Assembly: GCA_963720545.1 (NCBI GenBank) | Contig: OY970399.1 | Location: forward strand, 2,438,908-2,502,907 | Reading direction: 5' to 3' | DNA: 64,000 nt | Origin: an uncultured Acidobacteriota bacterium | GTDB taxonomy: Bacteria; Acidobacteriota; Vicinamibacteria; Fen-336 | Part shown: one piece after another, positions 39,116 to 48,822 of the stretch | Layout of the letters: each line of letters begins with the position of its first letter | Position numbering within the stretch: the first letter of the stretch is position 1 | Position numbers and translations under genes: made by a program | The notes under the pieces: model-generated | The model's database searches: none | Seen by the model: the letters and a program-made list of their open reading frames with translations, nothing else | Told to the model about the DNA's origin: nothing

Positions 39116-42100
39116 TCAGAGTCCGAGCGGCGCCTGGACGAACACCGTGGTGCCGCGGCCGGGGCTGCTCTCGATCTCGAGGCGGCCGCCGATGAAGGCG
39201 GCGCGCTCGTGCATGCCGAGGAGGCCGATGCCGCGCTCCTGCGCGCCGGTGGCGCTCTCGCCCTTCTGGAAGCCGACGCCGTCGTCCTCGATCACCAGCA
39301 CCACCTCGTCGCCGCGCCGCTCGAGGATCACGCCCACCCGCGCCGCATGCGCGTGCTTGTAGACGTTGTTGAGGGCCTCCTGCGCGATGCGGTAGAGGTT
39401 CGTCTCCACCTCGAAGGCGAGCCGCACCGAGTCGAGGCCGCTGCCGTGGTAGTCGGCCGGGATGCCGAATTCCTTCGACCATTCGCGCACGAAGTCGGCG
39501 AGCGTCGCGACCAGGCCGAGGTCGTCGAGCGCCGCGGGCCGCAGCTCCCAGGTGAAGAAGTCGAGGTCGCGGTCGAGGCGCGCGATGGTCTTGCGCGCCT
39601 CGGCGATCGCCGCGCGCAGCGCCGGGTCCTGCGGCGACAGCTCGTTCAGTGCGTCGATGCGCAAGCCGAGGCCGGCAACCTGCTGGCCCAGGTGATCGTG
39701 CAGGTCGCGGGCGATGCGGCTGCGTTCGTCCTCCTGCACGGTGATCAGCCGCCGCATCAGGCTTCGGATCTCGTCCTCGGCCGCGTGCCGCTCCTGCAGC
39801 TTGGCATCGAGCTCCGCGTTCGCCGCGCCGAGCTCGGCGGTGCGCTGCTCGACGCGCGTCTCGAGCTCGCCGTGCGCCTCGAGCAGGGTGTCTTCGAGGC
39901 GCTTGCGCTCCGTGAGGTCGCGCGCGATGGTGACGAAACCGACGAGCGCGCCGCCGCTGTCGCGCAGCGCCACGATCTCGCCGCTCGCGAAGAAGCGCGA
40001 GCCGTCCTCGCGCAGGAGCCAGCGCTCGTTGCTCGCCTGGCCCTCGCTCCCGGCGCGTGCCAGCTCGGCGCGCGGCACCTCCGCGAGGCGGTCCTCGGGG
40101 GTGAACAGCACGTCGATGGGCCGGCCCACCGCCTGGTCCTCGCGGTAGCCGAACATGCGCTCGGCGCCCGGGTTCCAGCTGTCGATGCGGCCGCCGAGGT
40201 CGGTGGTGAAGATCGCGTAGTCGGTGGCGCTCTCGAGGATGAGGCGCAGGCGCCGTTCGCTGCCTTGCAGCTCTTCGGCGCGGCGCTGCTCGCTCAGGTC
40301 GATCACGAAGCCGACCGCCTCGTCCGGACCGAGGCGGGTGGCCGTGAACAGGCTCCACCAGCGGCTGCCGTCGCGGCGCAGCAGCAGCTGTTCGCGCGGC
40401 GCGATCCTGCCGGTGTCCAAAAGCTGCCGCATCGCGGCGCCGGTGCGCGCGCGCTCCTCGGGCGGAATCATCGCCTGCCATTGCACCCGGCGGTGGCTGA
40501 GGTCCGCCGAGTCATGGCCGGTCATGCGCAGGAAGGCCTCGTTGGCGTCGATCACCACGCCGGTGCTGGTGAAGAACAAGACGCCCACGGTCTCGATGCC
40601 GATGGCGCGCCGCAGCCGCTCTTCCGAGGCGCGCAGCGCCTGTTCGGTGCGCCGGCGCTCGGTGATGTCGACGAACGTCAGCACCACGCCGCCGATGCGT
40701 TCCTCGGCGGTGCGGTAAGGAAGGATGCGCATGAGCTGCCAGCGGCCGTCGCGCGTCGCGACCTCGCGCTCGACGCGTTCCAGGCGCTCCAGCACCAGGG
40801 CGATGTCGTCCTGGAGTTCGGGGGCGACCAGCCAGCTGTTGATGTCGGAGAGCGGCCGGCCGCGATCGGCAGGTATCAGCGTGAACACGTCGCGCGCGCG
40901 CGGCGTGAACAGCTTCACGTGCGACTGGCGGTCGAGGAAGATGGTGCCGATCTCGGTGGAGTTGATCAGGTTGCGAATGTCGTCGTTCGCCTGGACTTGC
41001 TCCTCGACCTTGATCTTCAGCTCCTGGTTGACGGTGCGCAGCTCCTCGTTCAGCGACTGCAGTTCTTCCTTGCTCGTCTCCAGCTCCTCGGCCGACGAGC
41101 GCATCTCTTCGTTGATCGCCTGCAGCTCCTCGTTCGACGCCTGCAGTTCCTCGGCCTGGGTCTCATGATGCTCGACGGTGGCGCGGTGCAGTGCCTGCAG
41201 GCGCTGCAGCTCCGCCTCGAGATGGCGCACGGCGTCGTCGCCGCCGAGTTGCTCCGCCTTCGTGGCGGGCGTGAGCAGCGCGTCCGATGCCAGCTCGTGG
41301 AACAAGACCAGGAAGAAGCCCGCCGCGGGATCGCCGGCGCCCAGCACCGGCCGCACCGTGAGGTCGACGACCACCTGCCCCGAGTCGAGTTCCAGCGTGA
41401 GCCCCCGGGCCTCGACGGTCACGCGCTGCTGCGCGGCGTGGTGGAGCGCGGTGCGCAATTCGAGGCGCAGCGCGGGACGGACGGCGCGCAGCAGGTTGTA
41501 AGTCGGGTCGCCGCCGGCGATCTGCAGGTAACGGCCGGCGCGGTCGGACACGTGGACGATGTCGAACCGCTCGTTGACCACGACCGACGGCGGCGCGTAC
41601 TGCTCCAGGAGGCGCTGGTGCAGTTCCGCCGTCGACATGTGTTCCCGGGCGCCGTGCATCGCGAGCGCCGGCGCGAGGCCGGGCACCCGGTTCTCGCCAG
41701 CGACCCGCAGTTCCGGGATGACCACGTTGAGGCGCGGCGCGGCCGCGCGGCTGTTGAAGAGGCATGCCTCCTTGTCGACCGTGGCGAACAGGTCGCCGGC
41801 ACCCTCGATCGACTCGGAGGAGCCGAGGAACAGGAACCCGCCGGCGTTCAGCGCGAAGTGCGACATCTCCAACACCTGCTGCTGCGCGGTGCGGTTCAGG
41901 TAGATGAGCAGGTTGCGGCACGAAATGAGGTCGAGGTGCGAGAACGGCGGATCCTTGACCACGTTGTGGTGGGCGAACAGGACCATTTCGCGCAGCTCCT
42001 TGCGCACGCGGTAGCGCTCGCCCTCCTTGGCGAAGAAGCGCCGCAGCCGCTCGGGGGCCACGTCGGCGCAGTCGTTGAGCGTGTAGAGGCCATCGCGGGC

Positions 42101-43159
42101 GCGCGCCACCGCATCGCCATCGAGATCGGACGCGAACACCTGGATGGCCGGCGGCGCCGACAGCTCCGCGGCCGCCTCGGCCAGCAGCATAGCCAGCGAA
42201 TAGGCCTCCTCACCGGTGGCGCAGCCGGCGCTCCACACGCGCACGTGGTCGTTTTCGCCTTTGCCCGCGAACAGCCGCGGGACGACCGCTTTCTCGAGCG
42301 CCGCAAACGCTGCTGGGTCGCGAAAGAAGCTGGTGACACTGACGAGCAGGTCCTTGAGGAGCGCCTGCGCTTCCCCGGGTTGGTCGCGCAGGTAGACAGC
42401 GTAGCCCGGCAGGTCGTGGATGCCGCGCAGCCCCATGCGCCGCGCCAGCCGCCGCAGGACCGTCGCCTGCTTGTAGTTGGCGAAGTCGTGACCGGTGCTG
42501 CCGCGCAGCAGGGCGAAGATGTCGCGCAGCGCCTCTTCGTCGCTCGGCGGCGGATCGGCGGACGGCTCGGGGAGCCGCACTTCGCCGAGGCTGCGCTTGT
42601 ACGCCAGGATCGCTGCGGGCATGGCCGCGACTCCCAGCACGTGATCGGCGAGGCCGGTGGCGATCGAGTTCTGCGGCATCTCCGCGAACTCCGCTTCACC
42701 GGGATCCTGCACCAGGCAGACGCCGCCCAGCTCCTTGACCCGCTTCAGGCCCATCGAGCCGTTGGCGCCCGTGCCGGAGAGCACCACCGCCACTGCGTGC
42801 GCGTGCTGCGACTCGGCCAGCGTGCGGAAGAAGATGTCGACCGGCGCGCGCCGCTCCGCGAAGCCCTCGATCTCGGCGAGGGACAAGTGGCCGTCGGCGA
42901 GCGTCAGGCTGCGGTTGGGTGAGATGACGTAGACGTGGTCGGGCGCAACCGCCACGCGTCCCTCGACCTGGGTCACCGCAATCGAGCTGGAGAGCTGCAC
43001 GACCTCCGCCAGCTTGCTGTCGTGGTCGGGCGACAGGTGCAGCACCACGACGAACGCCATGCCGCTGTCCGCGGGCACATTCTCGAAGAAGCGTCTGATG
43101 GCCTGGATGCCGCCAGCCGATGCGCCGATGCCGACGATCACGAAATCAGTCGCAGCCAT
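39116..43159 (-). CDS. hybrid signalling protein: CheB methylesterase, CheR methyltransferase, EEL-heptad coiled coil, two PAS domains, then a HisKA_3/HATPase_c histidine kinase; no REC domain
   Basis: ATG at 43159 (MAATDFVIVGIGASAGG is a CheB catalytic domain). CheR SAM-binding region. Eight EE[L/M] heptads at residues 738-796 of the ORF track. PAS domains. H-box RIARDLHDHLGQ. ATPase G-boxes. The ORF track N-terminal extension is rejected. Confidence 0.85.
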   Translation of the reverse strand: MAATDFVIVGIGASAGGIQAIRRFFENVPADSGMAFVVVLHLSPDHDSKLAEVVQLSSSIAVTQVEGRVAVAPDHVYVISPNRSLTLADGHLSLAEIEGFAERRAPVDIFFRTLAESQHAHAVAVVLSGTGANGSMGLKRVKELGGVCLVQDPGEAEFAEMPQNSIATGLADHVLGVAAMPAAILAYKRSLGEVRLPEPSADPPPSDEEALRDIFALLRGSTGHDFANYKQATVLRRLARRMGLRGIHDLPGYAVYLRDQPGEAQALLKDLLVSVTSFFRDPAAFAALEKAVVPRLFAGKGENDHVRVWSAGCATGEEAYSLAMLLAEAAAELSAPPAIQVFASDLDGDAVARARDGLYTLNDCADVAPERLRRFFAKEGERYRVRKELREMVLFAHHNVVKDPPFSHLDLISCRNLLIYLNRTAQQQVLEMSHFALNAGGFLFLGSSESIEGAGDLFATVDKEACLFNSRAAAPRLNVVIPELRVAGENRVPGLAPALAMHGAREHMSTAELHQRLLEQYAPPSVVVNERFDIVHVSDRAGRYLQIAGGDPTYNLLRAVRPALRLELRTALHHAAQQRVTVEARGLTLELDSGQVVVDLTVRPVLGAGDPAAGFFLVLFHELASDALLTPATKAEQLGGDDAVRHLEAELQRLQALHRATVEHHETQAEELQASNEELQAINEEMRSSAEELETSKEELQSLNEELRTVNQELKIKVEEQVQANDDIRNLINSTEIGTIFLDRQSHVKLFTPRARDVFTLIPADRGRPLSDINSWLVAPELQDDIALVLERLERVEREVATRDGRWQLMRILPYRTAEERIGGVVLTFVDITERRRTEQALRASEERLRRAIGIETVGVLFFTSTGVVIDANEAFLRMTGHDSADLSHRRVQWQAMIPPEERARTGAAMRQLLDTGRIAPREQLLLRRDGSRWWSLFTATRLGPDEAVGFVIDLSEQRRAEELQGSERRLRLILESATDYAIFTTDLGGRIDSWNPGAERMFGYREDQAVGRPIDVLFTPEDRLAEVPRAELARAGSEGQASNERWLLREDGSRFFASGEIVALRDSGGALVGFVTIARDLTERKRLEDTLLEAHGELETRVEQRTAELGAANAELDAKLQERHAAEDEIRSLMRRLITVQEDERSRIARDLHDHLGQQVAGLGLRIDALNELSPQDPALRAAIAEARKTIARLDRDLDFFTWELRPAALDDLGLVATLADFVREWSKEFGIPADYHGSGLDSVRLAFEVETNLYRIAQEALNNVYKHAHAARVGVILERRGDEVVLVIEDDGVGFQKGESATGAQERGIGLLGMHERAAFIGGRLEIESSPGRGTTVFVQAPLGL

Positions 43160-43184
43160 GGATTGCTGCCAGATAGTATAGGGA

Positions 43185-43838
43185 ATGGCCCGCGTGCGGA
43201 TCCTGCTCGCCGACGACCACGAGACCGTGCGCGAGGGGCTGAAGGCGATCCTGAACGCGCAGTCCGACATGGAAGTGGTCGGCGAAGCGATCGACGGCAG
43301 GAGCGCTGTCGCGCTCGCCTGCAGGCTCAACCCCGACCTGGTGGTCATGGACGTTTCGATGCCGGACGTCAATGGCCTGCGCGCGACCGAACTGCTGAAA
43401 GAGCGCTGCCCGGCGGTGCGGGTGGTGGCGCTGAGCCGCCACTCCGACGACGGCTACTTGCGCGAGCTGCTGCGCGCCGGCGCCGCTGGCTACGTGCTGA
43501 AGCAGAGCCGCTCGGGCGAGCTGCTGCAGGCGATTCGCGCGGTCGCCGCCGGCGGCAGCTACCTCGACCCCGCGATCACCGCCAACGTGATCCGCGACTT
43601 CGGTGCCCGGCCGGCAACCGCGCGACCGCCTGCCGACGCAAGCCTCAGCCCGCGCGAGGAGGAGACCCTGCGGCTCGTGAGCCTCGGCTACAGCAACAAG
43701 GAAATCGCCTCGCGGCTCACCCTCAGCGTCAAGACGGTGGAAACTCACAAGGCGAACGGCATGCACAAGCTCGGGTTCCGCAGCCGCATCGACATCGTGC
43801 GCTTCGCGGTTCTCAGGGACTGGCTGAAGGACCCGTAG
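43185..43838 (+). CDS. NarL/FixJ family response regulator (REC plus LuxR HTH)
   Basis: Phosphoacceptor in LVVMDVSMPD. C-terminal LuxR HTH (EIASRLTLSVKTVETH). Divergent from the hybrid kinase with a 25-nt gap. Confidence 0.9.
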   Translation: MARVRILLADDHETVREGLKAILNAQSDMEVVGEAIDGRSAVALACRLNPDLVVMDVSMPDVNGLRATELLKERCPAVRVVALSRHSDDGYLRELLRAGAAGYVLKQSRSGELLQAIRAVAAGGSYLDPAITANVIRDFGARPATARPPADASLSPREEETLRLVSLGYSNKEIASRLTLSVKTVETHKANGMHKLGFRSRIDIVRFAVLRDWLKDP

Positions 43839-44418
43839 TCTCAGGCACCAGCGGGCTGGCGAGCAGGCGCCCGAGCAGCGGTGGGATTTCCGCGAGCGTC
43901 GCGATGTGGTCGACGTCGACGTGCGCCGCGGCGCTGCCGGGCATCGACGGGAACTGCGCGTCTTGCGGATCCTGCACGACCGCGATCCCGCCCAGGCGCT
44001 TGATTGCCGCGAGGCCCGCCGTGCCGTCATCGAGGTTGCCGGTGAGGATCACGCCGATCGCCGCCGCGCCATACGCTTGTGCGGCCGAACGGAACAGGGG
44101 ATCGATCGCAGGGCGAAAGCGATTTTCCTTCGGCCCCCTGATCACAGCCAGCGCGCCGGGTTCGATCAGCAGGTGATGGTCGGGCGGCGCGACGTAGAGA
44201 TGCCCCGCCTCGAGACGGGCACCATTCTCAGCATTCGCGACCGGCAGCCGCGTCGCGCGCCGCAGGATTTCGTCGATCACACCGGGCGAGTCGGCTGCGG
44301 TGTGGATGACGACGCAGATGGCGGCGGGCAGGCCTTCGGGCAGAGCGCAGACGATCCGGCGGACGGCATCGATCCCGCCCGAGGAAGCGCCGATGACCAC
44401 GACTCGCCTGGCGTCCAT
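43813..44418 (-). CDS. stand-alone CheB-type methylesterase catalytic domain protein (no REC)
   Basis: CheB_methylest motifs (VVIGASSGG, HLYVAPPDHHL, VILTGNLDDGTAG). Convergent 26-nt overlap with the response-regulator gene. Confidence 0.8.
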   Translation of the reverse strand: MDARRVVVIGASSGGIDAVRRIVCALPEGLPAAICVVIHTAADSPGVIDEILRRATRLPVANAENGARLEAGHLYVAPPDHHLLIEPGALAVIRGPKENRFRPAIDPLFRSAAQAYGAAAIGVILTGNLDDGTAGLAAIKRLGGIAVVQDPQDAQFPSMPGSAAAHVDVDHIATLAEIPPLLGRLLASPLVPETTGPSASP

Positions 44419-44545
44419 CGTCTCACTTCAGTATCAACCTCATTTCTAAACCCGGCCGTCGTTCATTGCACCTCGGGGAAAACCCTGATGAAAGTGTCTG
44501 CCTTCCCGATTTACATGCGCTGCGCGACTGGAGAAACCTGTCTCC

Positions 44546-45358
44546 TTGGAACTCGCCAATCCTTCCCTGCAGCACGTTCCCCTGCCGACCGACGGCAATG
44601 GCGATGCGGCCGCCAGTCACGCGGAGTTGCGCAAGCAACTCGTGGAAGCACAGGCCGCCTTGTCTAGCGCCACCACCGCAGCACGCCTCAAGGATCATTA
44701 CCTCGCGACCTTGTGTCACGAGTTGCGGCAGCCGCTCGCCGCCGGCTATTCCGCGCTCGAGGTGATGCGCCTCAGCCTCAGTCCCGAGCGCCGTCAGCGC
44801 GCGGCCGAGATCATCGAGGCACAACTGCGCCACGTCGCGCGCCTCATCGACTACGCCGCCGAGATGTCGGAAACGAACCGCCGGGACGGTGACGCCGAGC
44901 GGCGCGAAACGGCCGACCTGCGGGAGCTGGTCGAGCGCGGGCTCGCGATGACGGCACCACTCTTCGACCAGCAGCGCCACCGTGTGCAAGTGGCGCTGGG
45001 TGCGGCCCCGGTGTGGCTGCGCGTCGACCCGACGCGCATGGTGCAGGCGTTCGCCAACCTGCTGCGCAACGCCGCGAGCTATACGCCGCCGGGCGGCGAG
45101 ATCGCGGTGATGCTGACGCAGACGCCATCAGAGGTGTGCTTCCGCGTGCGCGACAACGGCATCGGCATCCGCGCGGAGGCCCTGGAGCGGATCTTCGAGC
45201 TGTTCGAGCAGCAGGCGCCGAACACCGCGCCGGCGAGCCGCGGCATCGGCCTCGCGGTCGTGCGCCAGGTGGTGGAGGGCCACGGCGGCACCGTCGCCGC
45301 CCAAAGCGACGGCGACGGCATGGGCAGCGAGTTCGTGGTGGTGCTGCCCTCCGCCTAG
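44546..45358 (+). CDS. cytoplasmic sensor histidine kinase (HisKA plus HATPase_c) with no sensor domain
   Basis: TTG start. H-box LATLCHELRQPL. N, G1 and G2 boxes present. Confidence 0.75.
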   Translation: MELANPSLQHVPLPTDGNGDAAASHAELRKQLVEAQAALSSATTAARLKDHYLATLCHELRQPLAAGYSALEVMRLSLSPERRQRAAEIIEAQLRHVARLIDYAAEMSETNRRDGDAERRETADLRELVERGLAMTAPLFDQQRHRVQVALGAAPVWLRVDPTRMVQAFANLLRNAASYTPPGGEIAVMLTQTPSEVCFRVRDNGIGIRAEALERIFELFEQQAPNTAPASRGIGLAVVRQVVEGHGGTVAAQSDGDGMGSEFVVVLPSA

Positions 45359-46239
45359 TTCCTGGTGCCGAGGCGCGCGGTTTCGGTGAACCGCAGTCGC
45401 AGCACCGTGCCCTCGGGAAGCTCCACGTTCTCGCCCTTGGTGGCCGCGAGCGTACCGCCCCCGCCGACCACGGCGCCGAGCAGGACGCCCTCCTTGCCGC
45501 CGATCACCCCGCCGATCACCCCGCCGAGAAGCGCGCCGAGGCCGCCCTTCTTCGCCGAGCTGCCACCCGAGTGTTGTTCACTCACCGACACGACGGTAGT
45601 GCGAATGCTGGTGGCCGCACCCTCCATGTCGAGGCTGCGGAAATCGAGGGTGAGCCGCCCGTCCCTCTGGACGCGCTCCGCGGTCTGCACGTCGGTCACG
45701 ATCCCCGACACGGGCGTGCCGGCAGGCACCACCTCGCGTCCGGCGACCATGATCGGGTCGAGCGTGGTGGCTTCGGCCCGGTCCTCGATGCGGGCGGTGC
45801 GCGACGACAGCGGCTGGTCGAGGCTCACCTCGAATTCGGTGCCGGCGGGAATTTCCGCATCGCGGCCAGCGTCGGGCTGCGCGGCGCGGTCGAGCGTCGC
45901 GTCGATGTCCCGGCGCAGGGCGGCGGCCGACTGCTGGACCTGCTGCACCTTTTCCACCGTGGCACCGTCGCCGCGACTCGGGTCTTCACGGCGCTGGCGC
46001 ATCTGGCCCTCGAGCCAGGTGACGTCGTCACGGAGGTCCTGGGCGCGCCGCTCGAACTCGGCCCGCCGCGGGTTTTCCGCCGGCAGCGCGTCGAGGGCCT
46101 CGTCGAGGCGCGTCAGCTCCGTCTGGAGCGAGCGCAGGTCTCGCCCGCGCGCCGCTTGTGCATGGGCCGCAATGCTCATCACTCCGAGCAGGATCGCCGT
46201 GAATGCGCTGAGCAACAGGCCAGGATGACGATGCTTCAT
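45355..46239 (-). CDS. secreted coiled-coil protein with a C-terminal glycine-zipper region
   Basis: Signal peptide MKHRHPGLLLSAFTAILLGVMSIAAHAQA. Coiled coil. GGLGALLGGVIGGVIGG glycine zipper. Confidence 0.6.
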   Translation of the reverse strand: MKHRHPGLLLSAFTAILLGVMSIAAHAQAARGRDLRSLQTELTRLDEALDALPAENPRRAEFERRAQDLRDDVTWLEGQMRQRREDPSRGDGATVEKVQQVQQSAAALRRDIDATLDRAAQPDAGRDAEIPAGTEFEVSLDQPLSSRTARIEDRAEATTLDPIMVAGREVVPAGTPVSGIVTDVQTAERVQRDGRLTLDFRSLDMEGAATSIRTTVVSVSEQHSGGSSAKKGGLGALLGGVIGGVIGGKEGVLLGAVVGGGGTLAATKGENVELPEGTVLRLRFTETARLGTRN

Positions 46240-46376
46240 AAGGATATCTCCCCGAAAATGGTCCAAACTTTCCATGAGGAGCAAGGACCATGCCCGTCTT
46301 CGGCCCCGGAAGCCTCCACATCCGGCCCTTCTGGTACCCACTAGCCGGACGAATGTACAAAGGAGATACTCGGCTC

Positions 46377-47330
46377 ATGGGGATGAAGAGATATCGGACC
46401 ACCGCATTCGCCCTCGCCTGTGCTGCGCTGCTTTGTTCGCCGCTGCCCGCGTCCGCGCCCGCGCCACAAGCCGCCGCTCCCGCCACCCAGTCGCGGACAG
46501 CCACCGTGGACGGCGCGCTTGTGCACTACCTCACCGCAGGGCAGGGCCCCGCGGTGCTGCTGCTGCACGGCTATGCCGAAACCTCGCGCATGTGGCGGCC
46601 ACTCATCCCGCGGCTCGCGCCGGGTTTCATGGTGGTCGCACCCGACCTGCCGGGTATCGGCGATTCCGCAGTTCCGGCCGAGGGCGTCGACATGAAGCGC
46701 TCGGCCATTCGCATCCACGGCCTGATGAAGAGCCTCGGTGTCGAGAAGGCGGTGGTGGTGGGTCACGACATCGGCCTCATGGTCGCCTATGCGTACGCCG
46801 CGCAGTTTCCGGCGGAAACCGAAAAGCTGGTGCTGATGGATGCCTTCCTGCCTGGTGTCGAGGGGTGGGAGGCGATCTACGACAATCCGGCGATCTGGCA
46901 TTTCCGTTTTAACGGCCCCACCCCCGAGGCGCTCGTGAAGGGACGCGAGCGCACCTACTTCGAGCACTACTGGAACGATTTCGCGGCGAACCCGAAGCAG
47001 TCGATCCCGGATTCGGAGCGCCAGGCGTATACCGCGGCCTATGCGCGTCCGGGCCGTATGCGCGCGAGCTGGGCCTACTTCATCGACTTCCCGCGCACCG
47101 CGAAGGAGTTCGCGGTCCTGGCGCAGACGAAGCTCAGCATGCCGCTGCTGACGATTGGCGGCGAGAAGGCGAACGGCGAGGCGCTCGCGCAGCAGGCGAA
47201 GCTGGTCGCGACCGATCCGAAGTCGGTGGTCTTGCCCAACACCGGCCATTGGCTCATGGAGGAGAACCAAAGGGCGACGATGGACGCGATCCTGGCGTTC
47301 ATCGGCCCTGCGCCCGAGGCGAAGCGCTGA
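46377..47330 (+). CDS. alpha/beta hydrolase (epoxide hydrolase/haloalkane dehalogenase-like), secreted
   Basis: AAGGAGA RBS. HGYAETS oxyanion region, GHDIG nucleophile elbow (Asp), and C-terminal His. Confidence 0.85.
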   Translation: MGMKRYRTTAFALACAALLCSPLPASAPAPQAAAPATQSRTATVDGALVHYLTAGQGPAVLLLHGYAETSRMWRPLIPRLAPGFMVVAPDLPGIGDSAVPAEGVDMKRSAIRIHGLMKSLGVEKAVVVGHDIGLMVAYAYAAQFPAETEKLVLMDAFLPGVEGWEAIYDNPAIWHFRFNGPTPEALVKGRERTYFEHYWNDFAANPKQSIPDSERQAYTAAYARPGRMRASWAYFIDFPRTAKEFAVLAQTKLSMPLLTIGGEKANGEALAQQAKLVATDPKSVVLPNTGHWLMEENQRATMDAILAFIGPAPEAKR

Positions 47331-47376
47331 ACTGAAAGTACTGGCGCGGCGCCACGCTCGGGGGTACGGTCGAGGT

Positions 47377-48810
47377 ATGGATACCCGGAAGTTGCCGCAA
47401 CTGTTCTGCGTCATCGCTGCAACGCTCACTGTTGCCGCGGCGCCGGCCGTCGCCGCGCCGCTGCCGAACGTCGTCGTAATCATGACCGACGACCAGACGC
47501 TCGACTCGCTGCGCTTCATGCCGAGGGTGCTGTCGCTCCTCGGCAGCGAGGGCACCACTTTCGACAACAACTTCGTGTCGTTCCCGTTGTGCTGCCCGTC
47601 CCGCGCCACCTTCCTGACGGGCCAGTACTCGCACAACCACGGCGTCAACAGCAATAATCCGCCGCTCGGCGGCTACACCCAGCTCGACCACACGAACACT
47701 CTTGCCGTCTGGCTGCAGGCTGCCGGCTATCACACGACGCACATCGGCAAGTACCTGAATGGCTATGGAACCGGCGGCGTGCCGCAGACCGAGATCCCTC
47801 CCGGCTGGAGCGACTGGCAGGCGACCGTCGGCTTCTCCGCCTACAAGATGTACGGCTACACGGTGAACGAGAACGGCACCCTGGTGCAGTACCGCAACGA
47901 GCCGGCCGACTACCAGACCGATGTGCTCGCGGCGCGTGCGGTTGCCGCGCTGCACGCGCGGGCGCTGGCAGGCGGGCCGTTCTTCATGTGGATAGCACCG
48001 CTGGCGCCGCACGCCGAGGCCGGCGGCGACGGGCCGCGCGCGGCGCCTCGCCACGAGGGCGCTTTCGCCGCCGAACCGCTGCCGATGCCGCCCTCGTTCA
48101 ACGAAGCCGACGTCAGCGACAAGCCGCACTCGATTGCCAATCTGCCGTCGCTGACGCCCGCGCAGGTGACGGCGGTGACGGCGCGCTATCGCGATCGCCT
48201 CGAGTCGCTGCTGGCAGTCGACGATCTTGTGGAGGGCGTCTACAACCAGCTTGCCGCGGACGGGCTGCTCGCGAACACGTACCTCATCTTCACCTCGGAC
48301 AACGGTTTCTTCCAGGGCGAGCACCGGGTGAAGCAGGGCAAGACCAAGCTCTACGAAGAGTCGGTGCGCGTGCCGCTCATCGTCCGCGGGCCCGGCTTCG
48401 CCGCGGGTGCCCACAGCAGCGCGCTGGTCGCGAACATCGACTTCGCGGCGTCCCTGGTCGCGTGGACAGGCGCGACGCCGGCACGCGTGCTCGACGGCCG
48501 CAACCTCCGGCTCGCCGCCAACCATCCGGGCACGCTGGCGAGCCGCACCATCCTCCTGGAGAACGGCGACGAGTCGACGGGGGCGCGCTACACCGACGGC
48601 ATCCGCACCAGGCGCTATGTGTATCTCGAATGGCGCTTTCCGACCAAGCCCACCGAGTTCGAGCTTTACGACCTGTCCGCGGACGCGTACCAGCTCACGA
48701 ACCTGCACGGCGACGCCGCGTACGCGGCGATCGAGGCGAGCCTGGCGCAGAAGCTGGGTGAACTGAAGGTGTGTGCCGGCGGTGCCTGCGACAGCGTCCG
48801 CTATCCCTGA
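47377..48810 (+). CDS. Cys-type sulfatase (arylsulfatase family)
   Basis: Signal peptide. CCPSR FGly motif. Sulfatase metal ligands. Confidence 0.85.
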   Translation: MDTRKLPQLFCVIAATLTVAAAPAVAAPLPNVVVIMTDDQTLDSLRFMPRVLSLLGSEGTTFDNNFVSFPLCCPSRATFLTGQYSHNHGVNSNNPPLGGYTQLDHTNTLAVWLQAAGYHTTHIGKYLNGYGTGGVPQTEIPPGWSDWQATVGFSAYKMYGYTVNENGTLVQYRNEPADYQTDVLAARAVAALHARALAGGPFFMWIAPLAPHAEAGGDGPRAAPRHEGAFAAEPLPMPPSFNEADVSDKPHSIANLPSLTPAQVTAVTARYRDRLESLLAVDDLVEGVYNQLAADGLLANTYLIFTSDNGFFQGEHRVKQGKTKLYEESVRVPLIVRGPGFAAGAHSSALVANIDFAASLVAWTGATPARVLDGRNLRLAANHPGTLASRTILLENGDESTGARYTDGIRTRRYVYLEWRFPTKPTEFELYDLSADAYQLTNLHGDAAYAAIEASLAQKLGELKVCAGGACDSVRYP

Positions 48811-48822
48811 CCTTGCGGCGCT

